This document shows, one piece after another, positions 1 through 22,433 of a stretch of DNA of 64,000 nt (positions are counted from its first letter, which is position 1; each line of letters opens with the position of its first letter). A program made the translations under genes and the position numbers. The stretch comes from Lama guanicoe. Its lineage: Eukaryota. The stretch is taken from contig MU053758.1 of the NCBI GenBank assembly GCA_013239625.1, forward strand, positions 3,643,490 through 3,707,489. The letters are read 5' to 3'. Below the pieces are notes generated by a model. It worked only from the letters and a program-made list of their open reading frames with translations. It searched no databases and was not told the origin of the DNA.

Positions 1-162
1 CAGTGAGGAGATTAACTGACATTTAAACTAACTAACCCAGTGCAAGAATCACCCCCCTCTCATCACAGACAGCTCCTGCTTGCAAGCTCCCAGGACAGAG
101 TTCATCACTTTGCAATTCTGCCTGTCCATTACTAGCTTGCTCCAATCATTAGAAAAATCTTA

Positions 163-2110
<1,948 letters not shown>

Positions 2111-2189
2111 GGTGCTGGACAGAGCAGGGCTCAGAAGGTCAGTTCCAAAGCCTGATTCCTTTTCTCTGGTGCTAAGTCCTTTCCAGGTC

Positions 2190-2380
2190 TTTATATCCTG
2201 TCAGCTGTGGGTGTGGCAACCACGGATGGCATTACCCTCTTTGGCTCTCTTTACCAACTTTTCCAGCTTATGTAGCCACCTCACACGAGTCCTTGACCTC
2301 ATAAAATGTTTTATTCTGGCTTCTTGCTAAGTTAGGACTCATCACCAATCATGCTGGTTGGTTAAGGAAGAGCATCAAAG
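2190..2380 (-). promoter_or_regulatory. Hair-keratin proximal promoter: TATA, HOX13-type site, LEF1/TCF site
   Basis: On the minus strand: TATAAA 2190-2195, TTTATGAG 2298-2305, CTTTGATG 2373-2380. Confidence 0.7.
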
Positions 2381-3166
2381 GGACCAACCCATTGTCTTGC
2401 CAACAACAGCGCTTATTCATGGGGTGTTGAGTTAGAGCGACAGCTGTGCCCTGTCCTCCAGAGTTGAGGGCACTTCTGTGCCTCTTACCCCTAAGCAAGG
2501 AGAGGTCTGCAGCTCCTCCAGCTCATACTCAGTAAGGACTCTGTGAAGAAACCAGACTGCTCTAGAGGGAATCCTGGAAGCTGAGGTCAGAAAGGACTGA
2601 TGAGACCAATCCAGTTCAGTGGCCCTTCACTGTATGGAGGCAATTCTACCCTCCTCCCATGGGGCTTCAGTAATCCCCCCAGCTCCATTTCTGCACCCAT
2701 TCAATGTTCACAGAACATTAAGAAAGCTAACATCTTGGGAGCACCTCCTCTGAAGGAAGACACACTTGTACACCCTATGGTGGTGTTTGGCTCCCTCTTT
2801 CTGGGCAGCCACTGCACCAAGTGTCTTCTCTGCATTATCTCCTTCAAACCTCACAAAACCCTGCAGGGTTTGCAGATGAGAACACCAAGCCTTGGGGAGG
2901 TTGCCCAGGGTCACAGAGCTATTACGTGATGGCGCCAGCATTCAACCCAGATCGCTCTGATTCCAATGGCTGCACCCTCTCCATCACATTGTGTCTCTCT
3001 TCCAATCTTCTCACTACTGAGATGCAATGATATACAAATGGATTCAGTTCAGTGGGGCTCCACCTGGACAACATCCCCTCCTAAATTAGAACAGGACGAG
3101 AAGTGAAAGTGTGTTCTCTATTGAAGAACCAAGGGTCATTTCTACACTAATGGAAGGAAGTCTACT

Positions 3167-3283
3167 TTTTGGGGTGGGGGTCTACTTATAGGGTCTACTT
3201 ATTTATTTGTTTTTAGAGGCAGTACTGAGGATTGAACCCACAACCTTGTGCATGCTAACACTTGAGCGTATAGCTCCCCCAAC
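3167..3283 (-). mobile_element. tRNA-derived SINE (vic-1-like)
   Basis: B-box-like GGTTCAATCC on the minus strand, A-rich tail, target-site duplication (TSD) AGGAAGTCTACT at 3155-3166 and 3284-3295. Confidence 0.8.
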
Positions 3284-3599
3284 AGGAAGTCTACTGAGTG
3301 AGAAAATGTAATGCCCACTAAAAGCCTGAAAAAAGGAAATCTTAGTTGATTCGACATCAAAACACCTGAGTTCAGTTTTCCAAAGGATGTGACCTTAAAA
3401 GCCACCACATCGTTACACACTTAATGATATCTTGTGACCATCAAGACATTTTGACAAACAGATGTTCTGCAATTATGTTCTTCCAGATGGAGCTATGAGC
3501 CATGAGGGTTTTATGGGTAATCTATCAGTACTCAAAATATGAAAAAAAATACTCCTTAAATTAGTTCCTTTTGGAAGCTACCTGCTAAATCCTCCCATA

Positions 3600-3950
3600 C
3601 AGCCATCACTCAGATCATCGCTTCTTCAAACTTGCCCTCAAAGGCCAGGACAGTTTCTTTTGGTTATCCTCACTGATGGCAAATCTTCATCTTCTGGAGG
3701 TGTGCTTGTTTTTGGAATCATCCAAGTCTCATTTGGAACCAAGCCTAGCAAATGGGATAAACAACCAAACTGAGCAGCCTCTTTAATGTGTCAGAAACAC
3801 ATTGTGATGGTAAAGTGATAATGTATGTTTTCTTGGGTGATTCTAAAAGTCATTTCCAAGGTGGAACTTCAAATATACTTTCATAAAGGGCAGCAGCTTT
3901 GGAGTAAAGGGATGATCTCCCAGAGTGTATGTTTTGAAGACGTTGACATC
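3600..3950. mobile_element. Ancient mariner-type (MARNA-like) DNA transposon remnant
   Basis: 3860-3940 resembles the mariner 3' end as I recall it (..ggaacttcaaatatactttc..gcagcagctttggagtaaag..tcccagagtgtatgttttgaaga). Boundaries are approximate. Confidence 0.4.
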
Positions 3951-6874
3951 CTTACATTTACAGTCCACATCCTTCTGCCCCTTCCACCTGAATCTCAACC
4001 TTTGGAGAGAAGTGAAACAGGTGTGTTGGTATAAAATCACTACCAAACTGATTGAAGCCCTATTGGGTGAGATCAGAGAACATAAAGCAAATAGCTGGGT
4101 TCATTTGCTTTTCTCTCTCTCCCCTTCTCCTATGCCCCAAGCTCCAAAAGACAAAAATTTAGACAATGGCACTTTTTTAAGAGTAGGAAAGGACTACTGT
4201 GTTGTAGACTGGTAAATATGTCCATGGAGATCCTTCAAACCATTACTGTAGCTTCTATCTAAGTCAGAATGGAATAATCCGGAAGCATCCTTGGATCTTC
4301 AAAAATGTAGGACAGAGTTTAGGAAGCACAATCATTGCCATATCGTTAGAAGTGACCATGACTGCTGCATAGCTACATGGTCTTTAGATAATGATGGTGA
4401 AGAGGATTTGGGTCTATTGAGAAAAAAAGCCAAGTTTCAATTAACTTCCCAGAAATTCTGGAGGACAGCTACTTCTTATTTATTACACTTACTGTGTGCT
4501 GTGAGTTCTTACCTTCAAATAAGCAATGGCATTGTTCCTAGTCAATGACCCTTCAATAAACATGATGAGCAAATCACATCCTAACACACAGAAAGGTTTT
4601 ACACCTGCCCATGTAATTGTGGTAGACGCCATGGGAAAGCTTCTGGTCTTCAGATGTGAGCAAATTGCAGCTGAGGTTTTAGGATACTCTTTATTATGGA
4701 AGCCAAAGCTATTTCCGTGGGAGACGTCACACGCAAACTCTTAACCACGGAGTAGAGTCAGGGTAGATCTGCTGAGGCCATCCTCCCTGTGGCTGGACTT
4801 TAAAGGGATCAAGAGGCCTCCATCCTCCTTTCCAAAACCTTCTTCCCTGATGACCAGGTACTACACCTGAAATTCTCACCACGAGAAACGTAAAATATAT
4901 TCTTCGGGAAATGCAAAGGAACATATTGAGCCACTTATCAATTAGTGATATTTTAACGTGTACAAATGACCAGGAGAGACCAGGAGTGGTATCACTGGGC
5001 ACGCACAGACCAGGGGGACTGACTTATGCCAAAGAGAGATGAAGAGGCACCCGCTGGGGAATTAGAAACTCAGAAACACTGTTCAGTATCAACACCAGCC
5101 CACCATGCCCAGCCAGCCCCGGTTGGAGCTGCCTATAAGAACAAGATAAGGGGTTTCCACAGGTGGTTCCATAAGGCAACCGTTGCAAATTTACTAATTT
5201 CCCAGCCTTGCTACATTCAGGGGAGAAATTGTGATGGTAATCCAGGGACTAAGCCAACAGGTTTGTGTCTGAGAAGATGCTCAAAAAGGATTTCCAATGA
5301 GAAACGGGAAGTAAAGGACATGGAGAATGAGCCAGCCCAAGAGTAAAGTGGGCTGTGCAAAGAGAGGTACAGACACCTCAAAATGGGATTCAGGGCCGTT
5401 GCCCAAAACCTCTCCAGAGCCACCACTGTTTCTCTTACAGTTGGTCCTGGACTCCCAATAGGGGTGGAGTCCTGGTGGGAATCCTCAGCGACAAACCAAG
5501 TCAAAAAAATGCAGAGTTCTTCAGTATGTTTTTAACTCTACCCAGTCTAGAATAGAGGAGTCAAGAAGATCATAAAACAATCCAGGACAATGTAATTTAT
5601 TGGTCCTAGTCTCCTGGGTGGAGCTGGAATCAGAAAAGAAATGAAAACCTGTCTATGTAGCATCTTTGTAACTTGAAGGGAAAAGTAGATGCTAAAACAT
5701 TTTTCATAGCACACAGAGGATAATGCAAAGTAAGCTCCAAGTTTACTATGAATGTGCTGTGTTGAACTTTTGCATTAAGTTCTCTACTGAGTTAGGGCTT
5801 TGAAACAGATGTGAAGAAGCCATAAATTATGGCTCCTTCCCCCAGCTTCCCACAGACCCTCCTTATAGTCTCCAGTGATCTTCCCCCTGCTGTGTCCAGT
5901 GGATCTGTCTGAATCCTCATCTTCCTTGACCTGGATGCTTTTGACCATGCCCTCATCGAAACTCCAGCTTCTTTTGACTTCTGAGCATCTCTGCTTCCCT
6001 CTCCAATTGCTTATGATCAGATGTCCTCTCTGTCCTCAGAGACCCGGCTAAATCAGAGCAGAGGCTCGTGTCGGGCAGTTTGAAGAGCTGCAGGCCCGCC
6101 TCTGTCATCTCCATCAGTGGTTCCCAGGGTTTTTTCCTGCACTCACATCTTCCTCTTACAGTGTAAACAACTCCCACAGCTCTATTATTGTCTTTATTTA
6201 GGTAACTCTCAACATCTCTCCCAAATCTAGTCATTCTTTCCCAGCTCTCTCCACTGGAGACCCACTGTTGTTTCGTTTTCTAAATCTCAAAAACTTACTC
6301 ATGTTGACTATCCTAGGTATTCTATCAGTACTAGTTGCCTTCCTTCTCTCTACCTCCAATCAGCTTCCATATCCCAGGCTATGCCTCTGAAATCCACCCC
6401 TCCCCTGCCCCATCACCCCCGCACCTCCACCCATCTCAGTCCTTGCTGTCTCTCACCAGCCTCCTGATTGATCTTCCTTCCTTCCCACCCAATCCCACCA
6501 ACTTCTAGGATCACGACTCAGCCTGTACATAGCTGCCTTAGAGATCCTAGGTCTACCTTCCTTACAAGCTCATCTTACAGGTAGCCACTCAAAGCACTGC
6601 CAGATGTAGTCCTCCCTAACTATTTTGCAGTTTCATCTTCTGCTACCACATTTATCCTCTGCTCCTGGCTAGGAATTGGTCTGTCAGGCTCTAAACACAT
6701 CCCTGGTTGCCTCATCTCCTTACCAGGCAAAATTCATGCCTAAAAAAACTTTCCCTGTTCTCAGACCTGCACACACTCATCCATCCAAATGTATCCCATC
6801 AAACTGTATTTCAGAATTATGCTCATATCATACAATAATTTTTTTATCTTTTTCTTAGCAGTAATTCTTTGCTC

Positions 6875-7146
6875 TTTTTTAACCTTTTTTTAGTGATTTA
6901 TAATCATTTTACAATGTTGTATCAAATTCCAGTGTACAGCACAATTTTTCAGTTATACATGAACATATATATATTCGTTGTCAATTTTTTTCTCCATGAG
7001 CTAGCATAAGATCTTGTATATATTTCCCTGTGCTATACAGTATAATCTTGTTTATCTATTCTACAATTTTGAAATCCCAGTCTATCCCTTCCCACCCTCC
7101 GCCTCCCTAGCAACCACAAGTTTGTATTCTATGTCTATGAGTCTAT
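6875..7146 (-). mobile_element. LINE-1 3' end fragment
   Basis: Reverse complement matches the L1 3' end at 35830-36148; probable TSD CAGTAATT on both sides. Confidence 0.8.
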
Positions 7147-8689
7147 CAGTAATTGTTGATTGAAGTTGCAACTATGGGAATTATTTAAAGTTCTAATTAC
7201 CTTCCCCTGAATCCTCATTAGTGTTACTGTTCCTTATTTATGCCACTTACAGTGTTCCATGATTTACACTAAGCTTTACTTAGGTGAAGATACAGTCTCT
7301 CTTGCAGGGCCTATGGTCAACAACACAGGCAGACAAAACTTACATGAATAGAATGTTTGGGTTTTCAGAGCTTTGATCGAGTGCTACCTCCTTCTTGGAG
7401 TCTCTTCCTAACCCTTTCTCACACCTCAGAATTTCATCATTCTTTACTTACACCTTTCTTGAGCCACATTGATATTTGTAAGACAGCTGTCTCTTTGTCT
7501 TATCCACTCTAGACTGTAAACGTGCTGTGGGCCAGGACTGGGGTTCACTTATATGTGTGTTCTCAGCCCCCCACATGGTACTGGCACACACAAGGGATGA
7601 TTGACTGCACTTGTGTCAGTCAGCATTCAATTGAAAGAACCACTAAAATGTTGGCCAACAGAATGGAAAGTGTTGAATTCCGAGATGAAGCAAGTGTGGG
7701 ATGGGGTAGAATTAATGTTTGCTGGTTGAGACCATTGGCCTCTCCTAGAATTTAGAAAATGAAATGACAAAGCAGTTATGGAAGAACATTATAGATATGA
7801 GCAAAAACCTAGAGAAAAGAATAAACTTGAAGAGAGGGAAATAAAGAGAACACTTGTCTGCAGCAAAGGACCTTCAGATGACAAAATGTTGAGTATAACA
7901 AGTAGGTAACAAGATGGACCAGTTCGGCAAAGATAAGTTTTAGTCCAACTCAATGTGATGTAACGTTTTGATACCAAGTGAAACTGTCCTTTGTGTGAAG
8001 ACCTGGAACTTAAGCAGAGGTGAGAGCAAGATTGGAAGTCATCAGTGTAGAGGTGCTAGTTCTCCCTGAGCAAGGATATAACCAGGATGCAGAAGGAGAA
8101 AAACATAGAGTCAAGGATCTAGACATTTCCTGCATTTGAGAAAGAAAGGGGAAGACAGACTAATCAGGAGACCAAGAACAGGTAGTTGGAGATACAACAA
8201 GAGGATCCAGAGTGTGAAGGGTGATGGAGGTCATTGAAGGTACCTTTTGAGGGAAGGGCAGGTCTCTATATTGGTGATGCAGGTACAGCCAAGAGATTGG
8301 GAGGAGAGAGTAGTTCCTCTTTGAGCAGTTTCTACAGAAGCTAGTCTTCACAGTTAGGGAGAAATGGAAGCAAAGAACTCTAGACTGATGGGGTGGGAAT
8401 GAGAGAGACCTGTGAGATTTGGGGAGGATTCTCACAGTTGCATCCAAGGCAAGAAGAACATGAGTTTTAAAGGCCAAATTTTCTGCATGGTCTCCCTTGG
8501 TGGGAGCCTCCCAGGAGGACAGCCCTCCCTTTCCATCTGTATTTACCAGTGAAATATAATGGCTGGCTCAGTCACTGAACCCTTGTCATCCCCCTAATGA
8601 AGAGGTATTTTTATGAAACAGTCATGACAAGTACTTTACAATGCATGAATACAAATGAGAAACACGTTTACTATGCCAGAGAAATAAAG

Positions 8690-8695
8690 TTTATT
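8690..8695 (-). terminator. KRT34 polyadenylation signal
   Basis: AATAAA on the minus strand about 350 nt downstream of the stop codon. Confidence 0.6.
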
Positions 8696-9045
8696 GGGGA
8701 GTAAATGAAGTAGCCTCCTTGCATTCCAGAGACTACCAAAGAAGCTAGGAAAGCAGGGAACATAATACGTACAGAAAATGCCCTAAAGTAAAACCTGGAG
8801 CTCAGATTACAGAGAGCTGGACGTCTTCAGAGATAGAGACACAACCTTTAGCAAGAGGGAGTTTTCCAGACACTGGAAGTTGATGATGTGTGTCTTAGCT
8901 CATGGGTCTGGTGAGCGTCTCCATGTGTAGAAATATCACAGCTGGCTTGACGAGGGATCCAAATGGTAACTGAGATCCAGCAAAGGTAGGACCTTTCCTG
9001 TGCTTGATCTAGGCTCCATTGTCAGTTTCAAAGAGGATGCAAGTT

Positions 9046-12993
<3,948 letters not shown>

Positions 12994-13389
12994 GAGGCAG
13001 AATCATCACAGCCTCAAGTTTCTCTCCCCATTACTCAGAAGGGAGGACAGCCAGGGACATGGGGTGGAGTTGTTTAGGAATCAGGAATTCCTCACCCATG
13101 AGGTCCTGCCCCTAGACTCCCCGGAAGGTGAGTCTGGAGTGAACAGTCTTCTCGAGCATATCTTCTGTCAGTCTGCCCACATTTCACTGTTCAGTTCACC
13201 CTGTCCTTCTAGCAGAAATTCATCCTGTGTTAACTACACGGATGCTGAGCTTTACTCAGTGAGAGTATTAACTGGGGCTTAGCGAATTTGTCAACACCTG
13301 GAGAGGCTGAAAATACTTGAGTGTTCATGGTTGGAAAATGAAACCAGCTGGAGAGATGGGAGTAGCCCTGAGCCAGAGATCAGTATGTG

Positions 13390-13585
13390 ACACCCCACAG
13401 TTCAGCCTGCTGCCTTTTTGGTAAATCAAGTTTTACTGGGACACAGCCAGGCCAATCCATTTAGGTGTTGTCTAGGGCTGCTTTGTACTACAATGACGGA
13501 GTTGAGTTTTTGCATCAAATACCATATGGCCTGCAAAGCCTAAAAGATTCACTGTCTGGTCCTTTGCAGAAAAATTTTACCAACT
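13390..13585 (+). mobile_element. MER58A-like hAT MITE
   Basis: Typical motifs gcctgctgcctttttggtaaatcaagttttactgggacacagcc...atggcctgcaaagcctaaaa...tctggtcctttgcagaaaaa. Confidence 0.7.
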
Positions 13586-14879
13586 ATCACTGATGCAGTA
13601 ATCTCCTTAAAGGTGAGAATGAGAAGAAATATCTAGAAGGAAAATGAGGGTAGGGATAGTCCACAGTCAGTGTGGACGTGAAAATGTGGTATATTACCTC
13701 AAACTCAATGAGAAAGGAAAACCAGAATCAGGCATTTAGAGCCATCTCTGTAACCACAGTAACATCTTCTCAAAGTCTCTGGAACTTTCTCTTGCCTTTT
13801 TCTTAGACATACTCCTCTTTACAACAGCACTGAATACCCCTAAAGGTGTGACTCTGTCAGCCTGAGATGCCCCAAACAAGTCACAGAACCCATGAGAGTG
13901 TAGCTTGACCCCATCATTCCTGAGAAGTGATGACAGCGCACCTCTGGGATGATACTCTTTGATCCTTCCAAACCCTAGGGAGTCTCCCCCATTGCCCAGT
14001 AATGAATATTAACAAAGTAGCCTCCCCCATTATCACCTTCTAGTCCCTGTCACTCTGCTTGTCCTTTGCTCCATAGAGAAACGAAATCGTGGTTCAGAAA
14101 GAAGTCCAAAAGATTATTCCTGGAACACAATATGAGGCACTTCAATAGGCTGTGTCTGGACCTTAACAGCAGTGTGGGAGAAGCAGAAAAAAGCCCATGT
14201 TTGAAACTGGATGACCTGGCTTCACATCCTCACTGACAATATGCGCTCAGGTAAGTCAGTTTCCTTTTTGGACTCTTCTTTTCCTCATCTCATTAATAGT
14301 AATGCTGCCCACCTCATCATTTTGCTTTGAATGTTAAGGAAGACATTGTGTGTGAATACGGGGGAAGGGTGATTATAATTATTTCTGTAAACTTCCTCCT
14401 TCCGACTGTTGGCCCAGATGGCTCAGATGAAGAATTTTGTAAACCTTCAATTTTGTTGAGCAGTCACCTGGACATGTTGCCTGTGTCAACCCAATGGTGG
14501 CCAAACCTCATTCCCTTACCTTGTGAGCACTAGGAGCACAGAACCATAGTCACGAATTAACCAACCAAAATGCAAATTTTAACATTAACTTAGTGGTTGG
14601 AACAGGAATTTGGCAGATGGCCCAATGTCCCTACTTTCTCTGCCAAGTTCCTGATCCTGTAGGGTTTGCGTACCTGCCTTGGGGGCATTCTTGAGGAAAG
14701 TTGTGTCACCACCAAAGCCTCCTTTCTGGTACTGGCTTTGAAATGGGCTCTACTCATCCTCCGGGAATCCTCCAGCCTCACAGCTCTGTGTGTGAGCCTT
14801 CATCACAATGATGATGGTGGTATTGATGATGGTGATGATGGTGGTGATGGCGATGCTGGTGATGGCACCACCATTTCAT

Positions 14880-15100
14880 GAATATTTGTCATGTGCCCAA
14901 CTGATACGTGCTAAGTGCTATGACACATTTCTCATTTCATCATCCCAACCACCCTGTAAGATTGGCCTATAAAACTGTTCCCATTTTACAGATAAATTAA
15001 CAGAGTGGGAAAGGCTCAGAATTTTCCTAAGACAAAGCCCAGAAGTGGCAGAGCTGGGATTTGAATGATCCAGGTGTCTAACTCCTAAGCCTGAATGCCT
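14880..15100 (-). mobile_element. MIR SINE (representative; many more MIR and L2 fragments are scattered through the window)
   Basis: MIR core-like motif cccattttacagataaattaacagag...gcagagctgggatttgaa. Confidence 0.65.
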
Positions 15101-17884
15101 AAACACAGAAGCTTCCCTGAGTTTGTGAGAAGAAGGAAACCTGAGATCCATTTCTGCTCACTTCCCCTCTCTTTATAGTTTTCTGGTCCCCAGTGGGGCT
15201 CTGTTCCCCACTCCCCCTACCTCATCAGTCCTCCAAAGGCCTCTCTGCCCAAGCAGTCCTTCCACCCAGCCACTCTCTATGGTACTTTCCTGAACTTTGG
15301 TAAATGACCAAGTTACACGCATTTACTTTTTTCCACAGGGAAATTGCTATCCTTTTGCACAATTGGTTGATCTGTCGAGATTGGACATTAGATTGCTTTT
15401 CCTTAGCAGTGAAGCAAATGAAAATGCATGGTGGCATGACCTGGGTGATTTAGAATCTGGGAGAAAGCACGTCTGCCTAGCCCTGTAAAAGTTCACCTCA
15501 GAAGTAAGTTCTGTTTCCAGAATCAAAGAAATCTAAAGCTGGAAAGTCCTGAATTAATGAAGGAGAAAACTGACGACCAGACAGTGATGTAGGAAGGAAA
15601 TGAATATCAATAGATATCTTTCTAGTCAGGTGGTCCACTCAGACCCTTCACACATAGTATTCCATCCTCACCCCAAATTCTGGGTGCTTGGATTCCATTA
15701 CTGTCATCAAGTATCAGAGATGAAGGATCGAAGACCTTGGGAAGAAATTTAACCTGTCCAAAGGACACAGGTGCATAGACTCAAGTCAGCCTGGCTCATC
15801 ACACCTTGTTGTGAATTAGAGGGATGAGACACTGCCTAGAGGTCAAGGTGCACCAAAACTGGGAGAAAACGCAGAACAAAGATCATGCATCCTGAGTCTG
15901 GCTCTGAGGACAGAGGAAGACACACCCAGGATTCCTGCATATTGCTTTGCTCCTTAATAAACTGGGGGTAAAAAAGTGATCAATCCCACAAGCTTGTGAT
16001 GAGGCATGACTCCTGGAAGTGATGGGACAGGCTCATACCAAGGAAAATGCTGTGCATCTGGAACAGCCCTGCTCTCCCTGGAGATGCTGACAGCAGCCTC
16101 AGGCCCCAAAGAACTCAAACCATAGCTTTGACCCCAGATATAAGGATGGGGAAAAGTACATTGGTTCTATCCCATGGCAGATATAAAATTTTCAGGGAAA
16201 CAGAAAGGAAAAAAATCAGCAAAACCATTCAGGGTGTAAGCCTGGGGAAAACTCAAAATGTGAGAGTGATACGCCCTGTGGGCTAAGAGTTCAGACCAGG
16301 ACAGCCAGGAGCCAATAGAATTGGTGGTCAAAGAGCATTAACATACCCACTGAGAAGGAATGGGACCCCAGTAGAAGATGGCTCTGAGGCCAAAAAGTAT
16401 CAAATAATGTTTAGTAGAGCATATACTCCTAGCATGGAGCTGGGTGGGGGATTTGAAGGAAGAAATGATGGTGTGAAAGACAAAAGGATGGTGTATACAT
16501 TCTAATGTTGGGCATGAAACAAACAAAAAAAGACCATGTTTTTCTATCCTTAAGAATCTTAGCTATGTGTGAAGTCAGCAATAATCAAAGTGATTACTAA
16601 TCATCATAAAAATATCTGGTTTGCAAAGTCTTTCCATAAACACAATCTTCCAGGATCATCTTGGCAAGTGTATAAAGCAGGTGGAGAAGAGACTGTCACC
16701 TCCACTTTACCTTTAGGGAAACTGAGGCTCAGGGAAGCTATGTGTTTTGTCCAAGGACACAACCCTGATAGAAGATAAGTCAGAAAGAACCAGATTCTGG
16801 TAACCTGTCAGCCTGGCTCACTACCTTCAGAGCTTCTAAAATTCCAAGTGGCCAGGCTGCAGCCCAGACCAATTAAATCAGACACTCTGAGGGCAAACTC
16901 AGGCCTCAGTGAATTTCAAGTGCACTGGGTAATTCCAAAACACAATCAAGTTGAGAACCATGTCCTGGTGTGTGTGATGATGAACGAGCACCTGTTGAAT
17001 ACTTAAAAAGCCACATGGGAGTAGTTAAGGGGGTGTAGAATACGTTTATTTACAAAATTAAGCTGTAGCTACAAAGCTTGAGATTTTTGTTTTTAAAAAA
17101 CATGACAATTTACAAATCCAAAAAGCTTTGTCCCTGGCCAGAATTTTCCTTTATTCCATTCTCTGTTCAAAGCATGTTTTCCGTTTTAACAATATCTGTA
17201 CATTTTTAATATCCAGTTTGTTCAGTGCAAACCTTTGTACTTTAAGGAGGGGTTTGATTTTTTGAAATCCATTTAAAGAGAAACTTTGTATATAAGGTAG
17301 ACAATGGAGCTCCAGAGCTGGGCAGGGGAAGCGAGAAGCTGGAGTCCAGGCTGATAATGATCCCCAGCGGGGAGATCAGGAGGAAAGGAGGAAGGAGGAA
17401 GTCCTGGGCACAGCACACAGGCCAGAGGGTCTCTTCGCTGGGATAGGGAGAGGTCCTGAGGCTGCCTGGACCACCAGTAACCCAGATAATACGATGCTGG
17501 ACCTAAAACGTGCCAGCTGAGAAAAGAGGAGCTTTCCAGAGCCCCTTTCCAGTCCCCAGGTCATGCCTCCTCACTTTATGTTTGAATACACTCAGCTCTA
17601 GGAGATCAAGGTGGGAGAGGGAGAAAACCCAGGAATGGTCCAGGGGAGATAGGGGCCACACTACAGCTGCCCTGCCCTTCTTCCTGCCACCCTGCCTCAC
17701 CCACAAGGCCAAGGCGCCAGGACAGCCATCTGCCCGCCAGGCATGGTACGGGTCTCGTATCCAAGAGTCAGGCCATTATATGGCTTTGCTTTCAAGTGGC
17801 TTTTAATAGAGTGCTCAAGTGATGGGTGTGGTGAAACAAATGAATACCAACAAGAAAGGCATCTGCTTTGCCAGGGAAATCAAG

Positions 17885-17890
17885 TTTATT
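17885..17890 (-). terminator. KRT31 polyadenylation signal
   Basis: AATAAA on the minus strand about 260 nt after the stop. Confidence 0.6.
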
Positions 17891-18146
17891 AGGCGGTTAC
17901 CAGGGAGGGCTGCTGGCACCTCAGAGGGTTCTCTGGGCAAACAAAGAAGAAACAGCCCCAAACAAAGGAAAGGCTGGGGGAGGAATCGTCTGGAGTATGT
18001 TGGGTGAGTTTCTTGACTGCATCTCTGGGGCAGCTCCAGCCATGCAAATTTTGTTTTCAGGCCCTTTTAGCGGAATGAACCAGGGCCACGTCAAAGCTCT
18101 GGAACCCCAGGTCATGCCTCCTTGCTGCTCTGGCAACCCCTGGGCT

Positions 18147-22124
<3,978 letters not shown>

Positions 22125-22208
22125 GGTGCTGGACGGTGCGGGGCACCTGGCTGGAGACAGAGCCCAAGCTGGCCAAGGAGCCAATGAGTTCTCAGCCTCT
22201 GGGGAGCA

Positions 22209-22433
22209 TTTATACCTGTTCCACAGAGGGTGTGAACACAGGAAGTCATGTCTCTCTTCATTTTACTTCCTCACTGTTTTTCAAATGCTCTCCTCTTCAG
22301 TCTGTTATTGACCTCCCTCAGAAGAGTCCCTTGTCCCATAAAATGTTTCACTTGGGCTTCTTATTAAGCCAGGACTCCTCTCCAGACTGTGCATCCCTGA
22401 AATTAGAGTCCTGCAGTAAGTAGACCTTCAAAG
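22209..22433 (-). promoter_or_regulatory. KRT31 promoter: TATA, HOX13-type, LEF1 sites
   Basis: TATAAA 22209-22214, TTTATGGG 22335-22342, CTTTGAAG 22426-22433. Confidence 0.75.
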